The position numbers were made by a program, and so were the translations under genes. Source: Candidatus Omnitrophota bacterium (lineage in GTDB: Bacteria; Omnitrophota; Gorgyraeia; 2-01-FULL-45-10). Taken from it: a stretch of DNA of 64,000 bases. This document shows positions 47,232 to 56,252 of the stretch, piece by piece. Below the pieces are notes generated by a model. That model had not been told where the DNA came from and searched no databases. It worked only from the letters and a program-made list of their open reading frames with translations. Positions within the stretch are counted from its first letter, which is position 1. Every line of letters begins with the position of its first letter. The DNA lies in NCBI GenBank assembly GCA_041661345.1, contig JBAZUO010000004.1:13688-77687 (forward strand), read 5' to 3'.

Positions 47232-47945
47232 TTAAGCACTCACACAACAAACTGTTTTACTTTTGCTCCAGCCTTTATATGAATCAAGACATTGCCGAGC
47301 TAATTTTATTTTCCTATCTAATCCTAAGCAATTTTTGTAATAACACTGTCTAGCAATTTCTTTTGCTGCCATCTTCCCGTATTTTAAAATCCATTGTGTT
47401 TCGGATTCTTTATGAACCCTGCCGCTAACATGTAGAAAGCATTCCGTTACATAATTTAACCATTTTATAAAAACTCCAGATCCTGAATAGATTCGTAAAT
47501 TCCACTGTTCCTTTTTATTAGTAGGGTGAAGCCATCGCCGGATACATCCGTCACCATCGATCAATCCTCTCAAAAAATCAACATAATATCTACGAGAAAC
47601 GTTTAGAGCGCCTATTGTTAACGACTTGTGTGGCCTAAGGCCAATTAACATTAGAAGATTGTAGAAATTCTTGTTACCAATTTGTATGCGACAGGCGCGT
47701 TGTTTTCTTGCGCCATATTTACTGCCTATCTTATTGCCTATCCCGGTTGCCACTTTAATCTTCTCGAGAAAAGCATATTCTTTAGCTGTTATATCAATAT
47801 GTCGTCCGTCCGAAGACAAGCATCCGTCGCTTGTAATCAGTCCAACAAGATACCAAAGATTTGATCCTGTAATGTTTAGATCTTTTCGTTTACGAGGCAT
47901 ATGCTTTCTTGCGTCTGCCAATTCCGCCATCCCGGCCATCCGCAA
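47232..47945 (-). CDS. Free-standing double-motif LAGLIDADG homing endonuclease.
   Basis: Two LAGLIDADG-like motifs: WYLVGLITSDGCLS and VDFLRGLIDGDGCI. The gene ends 10 nt upstream of tRNA-Leu(UAA). TTG or internal ATG start. Confidence 0.7.
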   Translation of the reverse strand: MRMAGMAELADARKHMPRKRKDLNITGSNLWYLVGLITSDGCLSSDGRHIDITAKEYAFLEKIKVATGIGNKIGSKYGARKQRACRIQIGNKNFYNLLMLIGLRPHKSLTIGALNVSRRYYVDFLRGLIDGDGCIRRWLHPTNKKEQWNLRIYSGSGVFIKWLNYVTECFLHVSGRVHKESETQWILKYGKMAAKEIARQCYYKNCLGLDRKIKLARQCLDSYKGWSKSKTVCCVSA

Positions 47946-47980
47946 ATCTTAATCATCCTTCCTTTTAAGGAAGAGATATA

Positions 47981-48102
47981 TTAAAGAGAAACTACGTTTC
48001 TCTTTAAACAAATTTGGGCGCGAGCCCCGTCGTTGCTTTACGCATTGGCGGGCCGAAGCCAAAAAGCAGACTACACTTTTTGGCGGAGGCCAAATTTGTG
48101 TA
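47981..48102 (-). repeat. Conserved hairpin (47981-48007, ttaaagagaaactacgtttctctttaa) plus tRNA-trailer element copy E (48007-48102), abutting the tRNA-Val CCA.
   Basis: aaacaaatttgggcgcgagcccc...ggcgggccgaagcc...ttttggcggaggccaaatttgtgta. In minus-strand sense it contains a GGCUUCGGCC tetraloop hairpin. Confidence 0.6.
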
Positions 48103-48179
48103 TGGTGGACGCGACAGGACTCGAACCTGTGACCCCTACCATGTCAAGGTAGTGCTCTAACCAACTGAGCTACGCGTCC
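48103..48179 (-). tRNA. tRNA-Val, anticodon GAC.
   Basis: Reverse complement gives GGACGCGTAGCTCAGTTGGTTAGAGCACTACCTTGACATGGTAGGGGTCACAGGTTCGAGTCCTGTCGCGTCCACCA. Confidence 0.85.
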
Positions 48180-48181
48180 CT

Positions 48182-48256
48182 TGGAAGCGTGGGCGAGAAT
48201 TGAACTCGCGTATAGGAGTTTTGCAGACTCCTGCCTTACCGCTTGGCTACCACGCC
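48182..48256 (-). tRNA. tRNA-Cys, anticodon GCA.
   Basis: Reverse complement gives GGCGTGGTAGCCAAGCGGTAAGGCAGGAGTCTGCAAAACTCCTATACGCGAGTTCAATTCTCGCCCACGCTTCCA. A 2-nt spacer separates it from tRNA-Val. Confidence 0.85.
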
Positions 48257-48678
48257 GCTTTAACCCATTCGACGGAGCCATCACGCTTAAGAATATTTTT
48301 CCCAGCCTTGCCGTGATTTCCGTCAAAATCTTCGACGAGAATTTCCTTCGGGTTCGACGATTCCGTCAAACCCGCTTTGTAATTGTAATCACTCTTATCT
48401 TTGGTGCCCGCCGCCTTAGAGGCAGGGCAGTCAAAAACGTTCTGATTGTCAATGTAATTCGGATAAAGCTCCCCCAGCGCCGCAGGAAAGGCCTCATTGT
48501 GATCAAGTGCATACGCATGAAGACCCAAGCTTATCCGGCGCAAATTCTCCATACATTCCAGGGTGTGGGCGCGGTTTTTTGCCATATTGACAAATGGGGC
48601 CAACACCGCGATCATCGCAAAAAAAATCGCGGTCACAACCACCAGTTCAATCACCGTAAAACCGCTTCTCTTATTCAT
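48247..48678 (-). CDS. Prepilin-type N-terminal cleavage/methylation domain protein with an H-X9-DG (DUF1559) C-terminus.
   Basis: RSGFTVIELVVVTAIF and a C-terminal DGSVEWV. Confidence 0.8.
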   Translation of the reverse strand: MNKRSGFTVIELVVVTAIFFAMIAVLAPFVNMAKNRAHTLECMENLRRISLGLHAYALDHNEAFPAALGELYPNYIDNQNVFDCPASKAAGTKDKSDYNYKAGLTESSNPKEILVEDFDGNHGKAGKNILKRDGSVEWVKAAW

Positions 48679-48684
48679 AAAATT

Positions 48685-49335
48685 TTAATATATATTACAG
48701 TTTAACACCTTGTCAACGATAATCTTCGCAAGCTCGGCCTTGGGCTTATTTTGAACCTTGATAAGGCCTCCCGCCCTGTCTATGATCAGCACATCGGTCT
48801 TGCCTTTGCCAAATGGACTTCTCCCGGCTTTCAATCTATTTGCTATAATGATATCGAGGTTCTTTTCGTGTAATTTTTTACGCGCGTTTCGCTCCAAATT
48901 CTCTGTTTCCAGCGCAAAACCCGCCAAAATTGCCCTTTTACGTCTGCCTAGCTGTTTCAATATGTCCGGATTTTGAACGAGCTCAAGCATTATCCGGCCG
49001 CGGCCTTTTTTGATCTTATTTGCGGATATACTTGCCGGCCGCCAATCGCATACCGCCGAGGCCATTATTACGCAGTCACATCTTTTGACGTTTTCAAGGA
49101 CCGCGCTAAGCATCTCCCGGGCGCTCTCTATGCTTATAAATTTAACTCCGCGCGGAGCCTTAAGTGTTGTCGGCCCGCTTATTAAAATCACTTTGAGCCC
49201 TGATCTTCTCGCGGCCTTGGCGATCTCATAACCAAAGGAACCTGTGGAATAGTTTGAGATGAATCGGACGGGATCTATCTTTTCCCGCGTGGGCCCTGCG
49301 GTAATAAGAACTCTCTTAACCGGCGCGTCCTTCAC
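48685..49335 (-). CDS. coaB: Phosphopantothenate--cysteine ligase (CoaB), encoded separately from CoaC.
   Basis: VLITAGPTREKIDPVRFISNYSTGSFG. GTG start overlapping the coaC TGA stop (GTGA). Confidence 0.85.
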   Translation of the reverse strand: MKDAPVKRVLITAGPTREKIDPVRFISNYSTGSFGYEIAKAARRSGLKVILISGPTTLKAPRGVKFISIESAREMLSAVLENVKRCDCVIMASAVCDWRPASISANKIKKGRGRIMLELVQNPDILKQLGRRKRAILAGFALETENLERNARKKLHEKNLDIIIANRLKAGRSPFGKGKTDVLIIDRAGGLIKVQNKPKAELAKIIVDKVLNCNIY

Positions 49336-49871
49336 TTCAGGAGCCTTTTCGCTTCCCTGAGAATGTCATTCGTTTCGGCGATGTGGCCGATGCCTTCATA
49401 GCCGCACGCCAGATGCCCCTTGACCGGCCCTATAAATTTATAACCGATCTCTTTTAATTTTTCAATGTTACGCTGTACGATCTTATGCTTATACATCTTC
49501 TCGTTCATGGCCGGCGCGATCAATACCGGCGCCTTCGTAGCAAACACAACGCACGTCAGAATATCGTCGCAGATACCCGAGGCGAGTTTCCCTATGACAT
49601 TTGCCGTCGCCGGCGCTATCAATACAAGGTCTGCCTTATCGGCTATCGACGTGTGTATAGGGTCCCACTTATCCGGCAACTCGAACATATCCTCAATGAC
49701 CTTATTATGCGATAACGTTTGCAGGGTCAACGGTGTAATAAACGCCTTAGCCTCTTTCGTCAAAAGGATCTGGACATCGAAAGACTCCCTGACGAGCGCG
49801 CTCGTTATCTCGCATGCCCTGTATGCAGCAATGCCCGCTGTCACTCCTAATATTATGGATTTACGTGCCAC
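49332..49871 (-). CDS. coaC: Phosphopantothenoylcysteine decarboxylase flavoprotein (CoaC).
   Basis: SIILGVTAGIAAYRACEI...PAMNEKMY. Confidence 0.85.
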   Translation of the reverse strand: MARKSIILGVTAGIAAYRACEITSALVRESFDVQILLTKEAKAFITPLTLQTLSHNKVIEDMFELPDKWDPIHTSIADKADLVLIAPATANVIGKLASGICDDILTCVVFATKAPVLIAPAMNEKMYKHKIVQRNIEKLKEIGYKFIGPVKGHLACGYEGIGHIAETNDILREAKRLLK

Positions 49872-50074
49872 TATTTTTTCTCTTTCACCTTATAAGAGAT
49901 CTTTCCCTCCGCGATTTCTTTTATCGCAACGTTCACCGGCTTCGCCGTCGCCTTTTCTCCGACGAGATTAGCGGCGCCGTCGCTTAGCTCAATGGCCCTC
50001 ATGGAAGTAAGCACGACGAACTTATACAAGCTGCCTGTCTTATTCAAAAGAGTATCTATTGCCAGATCCTTCAT
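49871..50074 (-). CDS. rpoZ: RNA polymerase omega subunit.
   Basis: KFVVLTSMRAIEL. Confidence 0.85.
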   Translation of the reverse strand: MKDLAIDTLLNKTGSLYKFVVLTSMRAIELSDGAANLVGEKATAKPVNVAIKEIAEGKISYKVKEKK

Positions 50075-50075
50075 T

Positions 50076-50666
50076 TCATTCTCCTTTTAATTCCGAAATG
50101 ATCACATTTTTCAGCTGTTTATACGCGCTGTCGAGGCGGTCGTTAACGATCTTGTAATCGTATCGATCTTTGTAAGACAGCTCTTTCTTCGCAAGCCCCA
50201 GTCTCGTCGAAAGAGACCTCGTATTCTCACTCTTGCGTCCGCGAAGCCTCTTCTTCAATATACCTATCGACGGCGGCAGTATGAATATCAGGACGCTTTC
50301 TTTCGGATAAGCAAGCCTGACCTTCATCGCTCCTTTTACATCGATACTTAAAAGCACGCTTTTATTTTTATTGAGGCTGTCTTCGATAAATTTCCTGGGC
50401 GTGCCGTACAGAAACCCGAAGTTTTCTTCGCGTTCCAAAAAACCGTTCTTAGCCGCAATACCGCGAAAATCTTTCTCTGATACGAAGAGGTAGTCGGTGC
50501 CTTCCGCTTCCCCCGGCCTCGGCGAGCGCGTCGTCATCGATACCGAGTGCGCCAGCCCTAGATCGTCGGCGAGCAGTTTCTTGCAGAGCGTCGTCTTGCC
50601 GCAACCCGACGGCGCAGATATGATAAACAACTTCGCCGAACCCTTTGGCTTCGCCTTCGTCATCAC
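50076..50666 (-). CDS. gmk: Guanylate kinase.
   Basis: IISAPSGCGKTTLCKKLL. Confidence 0.9.
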   Translation of the reverse strand: MMTKAKPKGSAKLFIISAPSGCGKTTLCKKLLADDLGLAHSVSMTTRSPRPGEAEGTDYLFVSEKDFRGIAAKNGFLEREENFGFLYGTPRKFIEDSLNKNKSVLLSIDVKGAMKVRLAYPKESVLIFILPPSIGILKKRLRGRKSENTRSLSTRLGLAKKELSYKDRYDYKIVNDRLDSAYKQLKNVIISELKGE

Positions 50667-51541
50667 TCTAAATTCTTCGCTTGCTCGCGTATCTTCTCTA
50701 TCTCGCCTTTTATCTCGATGACGCTTTTCGATATCTTGAAATCACTCGCCTTGGAGCCGATGGTATTGATCTCTCTGTGAAGTTCCTGGGCGATAAAATC
50801 TATCTTTTTCCCCACCTCGCCGCCCTCGGCCATGGTTTTGTTAAAGTTCACCAGGTGGTTTGCAAGCCTCGTTATCTCTTCGGAAATGTCGCAGTTCTTT
50901 GCGTATATTGCGACTTCCATCTCAAGCCTGCCCAGATCGATATTCCTGCCGCCTGTCATCTCTTTCACGCGCTCCTCGAATTTTTTTTTGTACTCTTCTA
51001 TATTGAGATGGGCGCGGGATCTTATGATGGATAACATGCTTTCTATCTTCTTGGTTCTTTTGGTGAGGTCCAGAGCAAGGGCTTTCCCTTCTTTCCCCCT
51101 GTCAATAGCCAATTTATCCACAGCCTTATCGAGGACTTTTTTTATCTTCGGCCAGATCTTCGCGATCCGCTCGTCATGTGCCTTGTAGTTAAGGACCCCC
51201 GGGAGCGTTAAAACATCGCGCGTCGCTATCTCATCCCGGATGCTCAAGCAATTTTTAAGGGCGCACAGGTCACGGTAGTAATTTTTGGCAACGGCTTTAT
51301 TTATGATTATCTTCTCTTCCTTCAGAAGCGCTCCGTCGAGGACCAGGTTCAAATTCACCTTTCCCCTTCTTATCTTTTTCTGCAGGATCTCCTTGATCCT
51401 GTCCTCGAAGTAAGTGATGCCGTTGGGGAGTTTAAGCGTTCCGTCGAAAAATTTGTGGTTGACTGTTTTTATCTCGACGGTGATCTTCCCGCCTGAAAAA
51501 CTCTCCGAAGCCTTGCCGAAGCCCGTCATTGAACGTATCAA
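50663..51541 (-). CDS. yicC: YicC/YloC-family protein.
   Basis: MIRSMTGFGKA. Confidence 0.85.
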   Translation of the reverse strand: MIRSMTGFGKASESFSGGKITVEIKTVNHKFFDGTLKLPNGITYFEDRIKEILQKKIRRGKVNLNLVLDGALLKEEKIIINKAVAKNYYRDLCALKNCLSIRDEIATRDVLTLPGVLNYKAHDERIAKIWPKIKKVLDKAVDKLAIDRGKEGKALALDLTKRTKKIESMLSIIRSRAHLNIEEYKKKFEERVKEMTGGRNIDLGRLEMEVAIYAKNCDISEEITRLANHLVNFNKTMAEGGEVGKKIDFIAQELHREINTIGSKASDFKISKSVIEIKGEIEKIREQAKNLE

Positions 51542-51578
51542 CTATCTATCTCCTATGGTTCTACTTGTTTGACTAATG

Positions 51579-52085
51579 TTATGCCCAGATCTTTTTCTCC
51601 GCCGCCTTCTTAACAATCTTCGTCGGATATATATCCATGATAATGTCGTCCGGCTGAAACCAGAGTTTTATCTCGCGTTCCGCCTCTTCCATATTGGTAG
51701 AGGCATGAATGACATTTTCGTAAACACCCTTCGTCGTGATCCTTCCGTATGCGCCTCGTATCGATACGGGATCGGCTTCCTCGGGGTTGGTCGCACCGCA
51801 CATCTGCCTCACCTTCAGTATCGCATCCTCGCCCGCATAAACCAGGGCCATCACTTTCTTTTTATGGTACTCCCCCATTATGTACTTTACCAGTTCCGGA
51901 AAGAAAGGCTTGTCCTTCAGCGCCATGTAATGCGCCTCTGCCAGTTCGCGTGAAACCTTGACCACCTTCGCCGCGATGATATCAAGCTTCGTCTCAGAAA
52001 GGCGCGTAAGCACATTGCCCGTAAGTGATTTCTTAAGTCCATCCGGCTTTATCAATATCAATGTCTGTTGTACCATATACGACAA
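51579..52085 (-). CDS. ndk: Nucleoside-diphosphate kinase, with a C-terminal extension.
   Basis: QTLILIKPDGLKK...NVIHAS. Confidence 0.8.
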   Translation of the reverse strand: MSYMVQQTLILIKPDGLKKSLTGNVLTRLSETKLDIIAAKVVKVSRELAEAHYMALKDKPFFPELVKYIMGEYHKKKVMALVYAGEDAILKVRQMCGATNPEEADPVSIRGAYGRITTKGVYENVIHASTNMEEAEREIKLWFQPDDIIMDIYPTKIVKKAAEKKIWA

Positions 52086-52130
52086 TGCTCCTATTAAGAT
52101 GTTATATTCTATTAGCTAAATGCGTTCCCG

Positions 52131-52979
52131 TCAAGACTTTTTAGGTGTGAAGATATCAAGGATCCGGTTCAGGTCTTCATGCGAATAATACTCTATCTGG
52201 ATCCTCCCCCTCTTTTTACCGTGGCATATTTTCACGCGGGTACCGAATAATTGCTGAAGCTGGCTTTCTATATCCACAATATTCTGGTCTTTTCTGATCG
52301 TCGTGCTTTTTTCGGGCGAATTCTTTTTGGCTGTCAGATTTTCAGCCTCTCTTACGGATAAGCCTTTTTTTATTATGATATCGGCCGCCTTCAGCTGTGC
52401 GGCTTCCGTCGGTAAAGCAAGAAGGGCCTTTGCGTGCCCGGCCGAAATCGTATTCTTCGATATATAATCCTGGATCTTTTTAGGCAGCCCCAAAAGTCTG
52501 ATCGTATTCGCGATCGTCGAGCGGTCTTTGCCAAGCACCTTTGCTATTCTTTCCTGCGTGAAATTAAAATCTGTGATAAATTTTTCGAATGACCGCGCCT
52601 CTTCTATCGCATTAAGCTCTTCCCTCTGGATATTCTCTATCAGGGAGATCTCAAGCATATCGATATCAGCAACATTTTTTACAATCGCGGGGATTTTATC
52701 GATACCTAAAAATTTAATTGCTCTAAACCGTCTTTCGCCGGCAATCAATTCGTATCCTTCCCCCACCTTTCGGACGAGAACCGGCTGTACGACGCCTTTT
52801 TCTCTTATCGAATCTATCAACTCGTTAAGTCTTTCCTGATTAAAATCAGTCCTAGGTTGATATTTATTAGTTTTAATACACGAAATTGGTATCTGTAATA
52901 TCGTTTCGGTAGAATCAAAAGCTGGTTCTTTTTCAGGTATAAGGGCGCTTAAACCTCTTCCGAGTGCTCTCTTTTCCAT
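52131..52979 (-). CDS. parB: Chromosome partitioning protein ParB.
   Basis: GLSALIP...QPRTDF...LIENIQREELN. Confidence 0.9.
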   Translation of the reverse strand: MEKRALGRGLSALIPEKEPAFDSTETILQIPISCIKTNKYQPRTDFNQERLNELIDSIREKGVVQPVLVRKVGEGYELIAGERRFRAIKFLGIDKIPAIVKNVADIDMLEISLIENIQREELNAIEEARSFEKFITDFNFTQERIAKVLGKDRSTIANTIRLLGLPKKIQDYISKNTISAGHAKALLALPTEAAQLKAADIIIKKGLSVREAENLTAKKNSPEKSTTIRKDQNIVDIESQLQQLFGTRVKICHGKKRGRIQIEYYSHEDLNRILDIFTPKKS

Positions 52980-52990
52980 AATTTAACCTT

Positions 52991-53818
52991 TCATTCCTTT
53001 ATTTTCTCTAACTCATTTGTATTATTGATGTTCTGTTCTTCAATAATAATATTGTCTTTTTTTTCTCCTAACAATTCTTTCATAAATTCCTGATATTTTT
53101 GCGCTCCAATTGATGTTTTATCATAAAAAGCTATTGGTTTTCCAAACCCAGGAGCCTCTGTAAGCCTGATATTTCTTGGTATTACAGTCTGATACACTTT
53201 GGCTTTAAAAAATTCACGCACTTCTTTAATAACTTCGTTAGTCAAATTTGTCCTGAAATCAGCCATAGTAAGAAGCACACCTTCGACCTCAAGAGAAGGA
53301 TTTATATTTTCTTTGACTAGATTTATCGTATTAACAAGTTGACTTAATCCTTCTAAAGCATAATACTCACATTGTATAGGTATCAGTACAGAACCCGCTG
53401 CGGCAAGTGCATTAACGGTTAATAAGCCAAGCGATGGCGGACAATCGATGAGTATGAAATCATATTCGGTAAGGATGGGGGAGAGGGCCTTTTTTAGCCT
53501 GTATTCGCGTCCCATGATGCCTACAAGCTCGACTTCCGCACCAGTGAGGCTTAGAGTCGAAGGGATGAGAAAAAGATTATCTATGCCAGTTTTTATCGTA
53601 ATTACAGTAGGATTTATCTCATCTATAAGAAGATCATAGATACTCTGTTTTATATCGTGTTTATTAATACCAAGACCGCTTGTCGCATTGCCCTGTGGGT
53701 CGATATCGATAAGAAGTACTTTTTTGTCTGAAATCCCAAGGAATGTAGCGAGATTAATAGCAGTGGTTGTTTTACCAACTCCGCCTTTTTGATTGCAGAT
53801 CGCAATTACTCTTGACAT
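52991..53818 (-). CDS. parA: Chromosome partitioning ATPase ParA/Soj.
   Basis: CNQKGGVGKTTTAINLA. Confidence 0.9.
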   Translation of the reverse strand: MSRVIAICNQKGGVGKTTTAINLATFLGISDKKVLLIDIDPQGNATSGLGINKHDIKQSIYDLLIDEINPTVITIKTGIDNLFLIPSTLSLTGAEVELVGIMGREYRLKKALSPILTEYDFILIDCPPSLGLLTVNALAAAGSVLIPIQCEYYALEGLSQLVNTINLVKENINPSLEVEGVLLTMADFRTNLTNEVIKEVREFFKAKVYQTVIPRNIRLTEAPGFGKPIAFYDKTSIGAQKYQEFMKELLGEKKDNIIIEEQNINNTNELEKIKE

Positions 53819-53838
53819 TAGAATTTATACCCTTGCGG

Positions 53839-53868
53839 TGTTCCACGAGGAACTATTTCCACGTGGAA
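53839..53868. promoter_or_regulatory. Two parS-like palindromes, gTTCCACGAGGAAc and tTTCCACGTGGAAc, 16 bp apart, immediately upstream of parA.
   Basis: TTCCACGTGGAA is a perfect 12-bp palindrome. It is a variant of the parS consensus TGTTTCACGTGAAACA. Confidence 0.5.
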
Positions 53869-53904
53869 CTATTTACTAAAATATACCCTACAGATGAGAC
53901 TTTG

Positions 53905-55508
53905 TCAAGTTACGTTGGTATTTTTTAAGATGGCTTTCTGTTCAACTATGGTCAAAATCGTATTAACCACCCAGTATAAAACCAGCCCAGACGGCATGTT
54001 GTAGAATATAAATCCGAACATTATCGGCATTATGATCAGCATCATTTTCTGCTGCTGCTTTTGCTCATCGGTAACTGCGCTTCCCATCGACTTCGTCGAC
54101 ATTTCTGTTGGACCACCATTGCGGCTATCATTATGAGTGGTAAAATATTTATAGTATTACCGATGATTGGAAATGAGATGGGTAGCGGTATCGCTTCCGG
54201 TGACGAGAGGTCTTTGATCCATAAAAAAGATGCACCCCTAAGCTCAATTGATTTCATCAACGCCTGATAAAGTGCGATGAATATCGGCATCTGCAATAAC
54301 ATCGGCAAGCATCCGCTCATAGGATTAATATTGTATTTTTTGTATAACTCCATGATCTCTTTGTTGAGTTTCTGTGGATTGTCTTTGAGCTGGATTTTAA
54401 GTTTCTCCATCTGCGGATGTAATTCCTGCATTTTCTGCATAGATTTGAAACTTTTCACCGTAAGAGGGAAGAGAATGATATTTAAAAATATGGATAGTAA
54501 AATGATTGAAAGGCCCCAACTACGAACCACTGCGTAACTCAGTTTAAGCACTACTATCAGCGCCTTACTTATCCCGCCAAAGAAGCCGTAATTTATTGTC
54601 TCCTCGAACCCAAGCCCCTGCTCTTTCAGGACGGGAATGCTGGACGGGCCTATGTATAGAACGTATTTATTCTCTAATGAAGAACCTGGCTGCAGAATTA
54701 CCTTGTCTGTTTCAACGCCCATAAACAGGTTGCCGTCGCTATCATCACCATGGAATTGCCCTTTTGTTATTACAGTCGGCTTCAATATAACTGAAAAATA
54801 TTTGTTCTTAAGAGCCGCCCACCCTACAATGCCGGGGTTGAATATTCTCTCATTTACTCTTGGGCGTTTATAACCAACATGTTTGCCATCTATTTTTGAA
54901 GTTACCTCTATAGAGTTTTTGTCCTGCGCATTTGCCTCACTGACACCCGATCCGCCAATTATTTTATAGGACAACTCTGTGGGCGAGCTGGATATATTCT
55001 TGATTAAAAACTGTAACTCTATGTACTGCTTAGATTTATGTAAAATATACTTTTTCGTTATATCAAAATTGCCTGATCTGCTATGGCATATGACAGCGTC
55101 ATCTTTTCTCTCTACATCATAGCCTGACAGATCCGGCATCGCGATATCGGCCGGGGTGGTCGTTGCGCATAGATATTGTGCCGGATTTTTTATATGAACT
55201 AATTCCAGCAGCTCTTTTGTCTTCAGATTATCAAAATCTTTAAGCCTTGCATCTTTTATGGCTCCACCGATATTGGAAAACGTTAAAATATATTTGCCGG
55301 TTTCGAAAACGAATTCCTTTTCCTCGACGGAGGGCTTCGGCGGGACATAGGACAGCGCGGCAGGGGCTGCCGACATAGGCTGCCCGGCCAGTTTATCTAC
55401 CGCTGGTGTAGGAGCGCTTACTTGAACGCTGGGTTTTGCCACAAAAAATTGAAACGCTACCATAATGAGGATGGAGAGCGCTATAGCAGTTATCAGTTTT
55501 TTTTCCAT
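53905..55508 (-). CDS. yidC: Membrane protein insertase YidC, disrupted by a -1 frameshift in an A-run near codon 470.
   Basis: The 54042..55508 frame ends ...MIAAMVVQQKCRRSRW.... The conserved YidC C-terminus (MSTKSMGSAVTDEQKQQQKMMLIIMPIMFGFIFYNMPSGLVLYWVVNTIL) is in the adjacent frame (53905..54102). One extra A in cagaaatgtcg would give VVQQKMSTKS, the canonical junction. Confidence 0.8.
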
Positions 55509-55523
55509 ATTATTTCCTTTATT

Positions 55524-55733
55524 TTAGCGCACTGGATCGTAGCCGCCGCGCGAGAACGGATGGCACCGCATAAGCCTTTTAAGCCCTTTAAAGATACCCT
55601 TAAAAACACCATATTTTTCTATAACCTCTATTGTATATTCCGAACAGGATGGATAGAATCTGCAGCATTGTAACTTAAATGGTGACAAGTAGTTACGATA
55701 AAATTTTACTATTGATATTATTGCTTTTTTCAT
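55524..55733 (-). CDS. yidD: Membrane protein insertion efficiency factor YidD.
   Basis: FYRNYLSPFKLQCCRFYPSCSEY. Confidence 0.85.
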   Translation of the reverse strand: MKKAIISIVKFYRNYLSPFKLQCCRFYPSCSEYTIEVIEKYGVFKGIFKGLKRLMRCHPFSRGGYDPVR

Positions 55734-56090
55734 CTAAAAAACCCCAGCGCTTTTTATAAGCCTTGAGAACAATACCTCGGCCTTATCATATGAAAAATGT
55801 TTGCCCGGATCTTTTCTTGTTATGATGACCATGTCGAATCCAGCCTTCAGATCTTTCTTTTTCTTGCGATAGACTTCCTTGAACATTCTGCGCATCCTGT
55901 TGCGCGAGCTTGCGAGCTTTACGCTTCTGGAGCTTATAGAAAAACCTATGCGGTTAAATCCAAGGCCGTTTGGGAGGCAGCACAAAACTAAAGTATCGGT
56001 TTTGCGCGAGAAGCCTTTTTTATAGATCTTCCTGAAGTCTGCGGATTTTAAAATATGCTCGTTTTTGCCCAGGCTCTCGTCGGGGATCAT
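55734..56090 (-). CDS. rnpA: Ribonuclease P protein component.
   Basis: [22 protein letters not shown]. Its ATG overlaps the rpmH TGA stop (ATGA). Confidence 0.85.
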   Translation of the reverse strand: MIPDESLGKNEHILKSADFRKIYKKGFSRKTDTLVLCCLPNGLGFNRIGFSISSRSVKLASSRNRMRRMFKEVYRKKKKDLKAGFDMVIITRKDPGKHFSYDKAEVLFSRLIKSAGVF

Positions 56091-56224
56091 ACCGTAAGCT
56101 TGTGCCGGCCTTTCCGTCTTCGACGGCTTAAAACTTCCCTGCCGTGCCGGTCTGACATTCTCTTCCGAAAGCCGTGTTTGTGCTTTCTTTTGATATTTGA
56201 TTTCGCGGTCAGATTATATTTCAT
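56087..56224 (-). CDS. rpmH: 50S ribosomal protein L34 (45 aa).
   Basis: Not in the ORF track. Hand translation gives [54 protein letters not shown]. Confidence 0.9.
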   Translation of the reverse strand: MKYNLTAKSNIKRKHKHGFRKRMSDRHGREVLSRRRRKGRHKLTV

Positions 56225-56252
56225 GTTCTATGGCTCCTTATGTATGCGCTAG

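Noticed and set aside
56055-56252. Plus-strand 65-aa ORF in the rnpA-dnaA spacer.
   Set aside because: The minus strand here encodes a textbook L34 (rpmH) with an RBS. The plus ORF is spurious.
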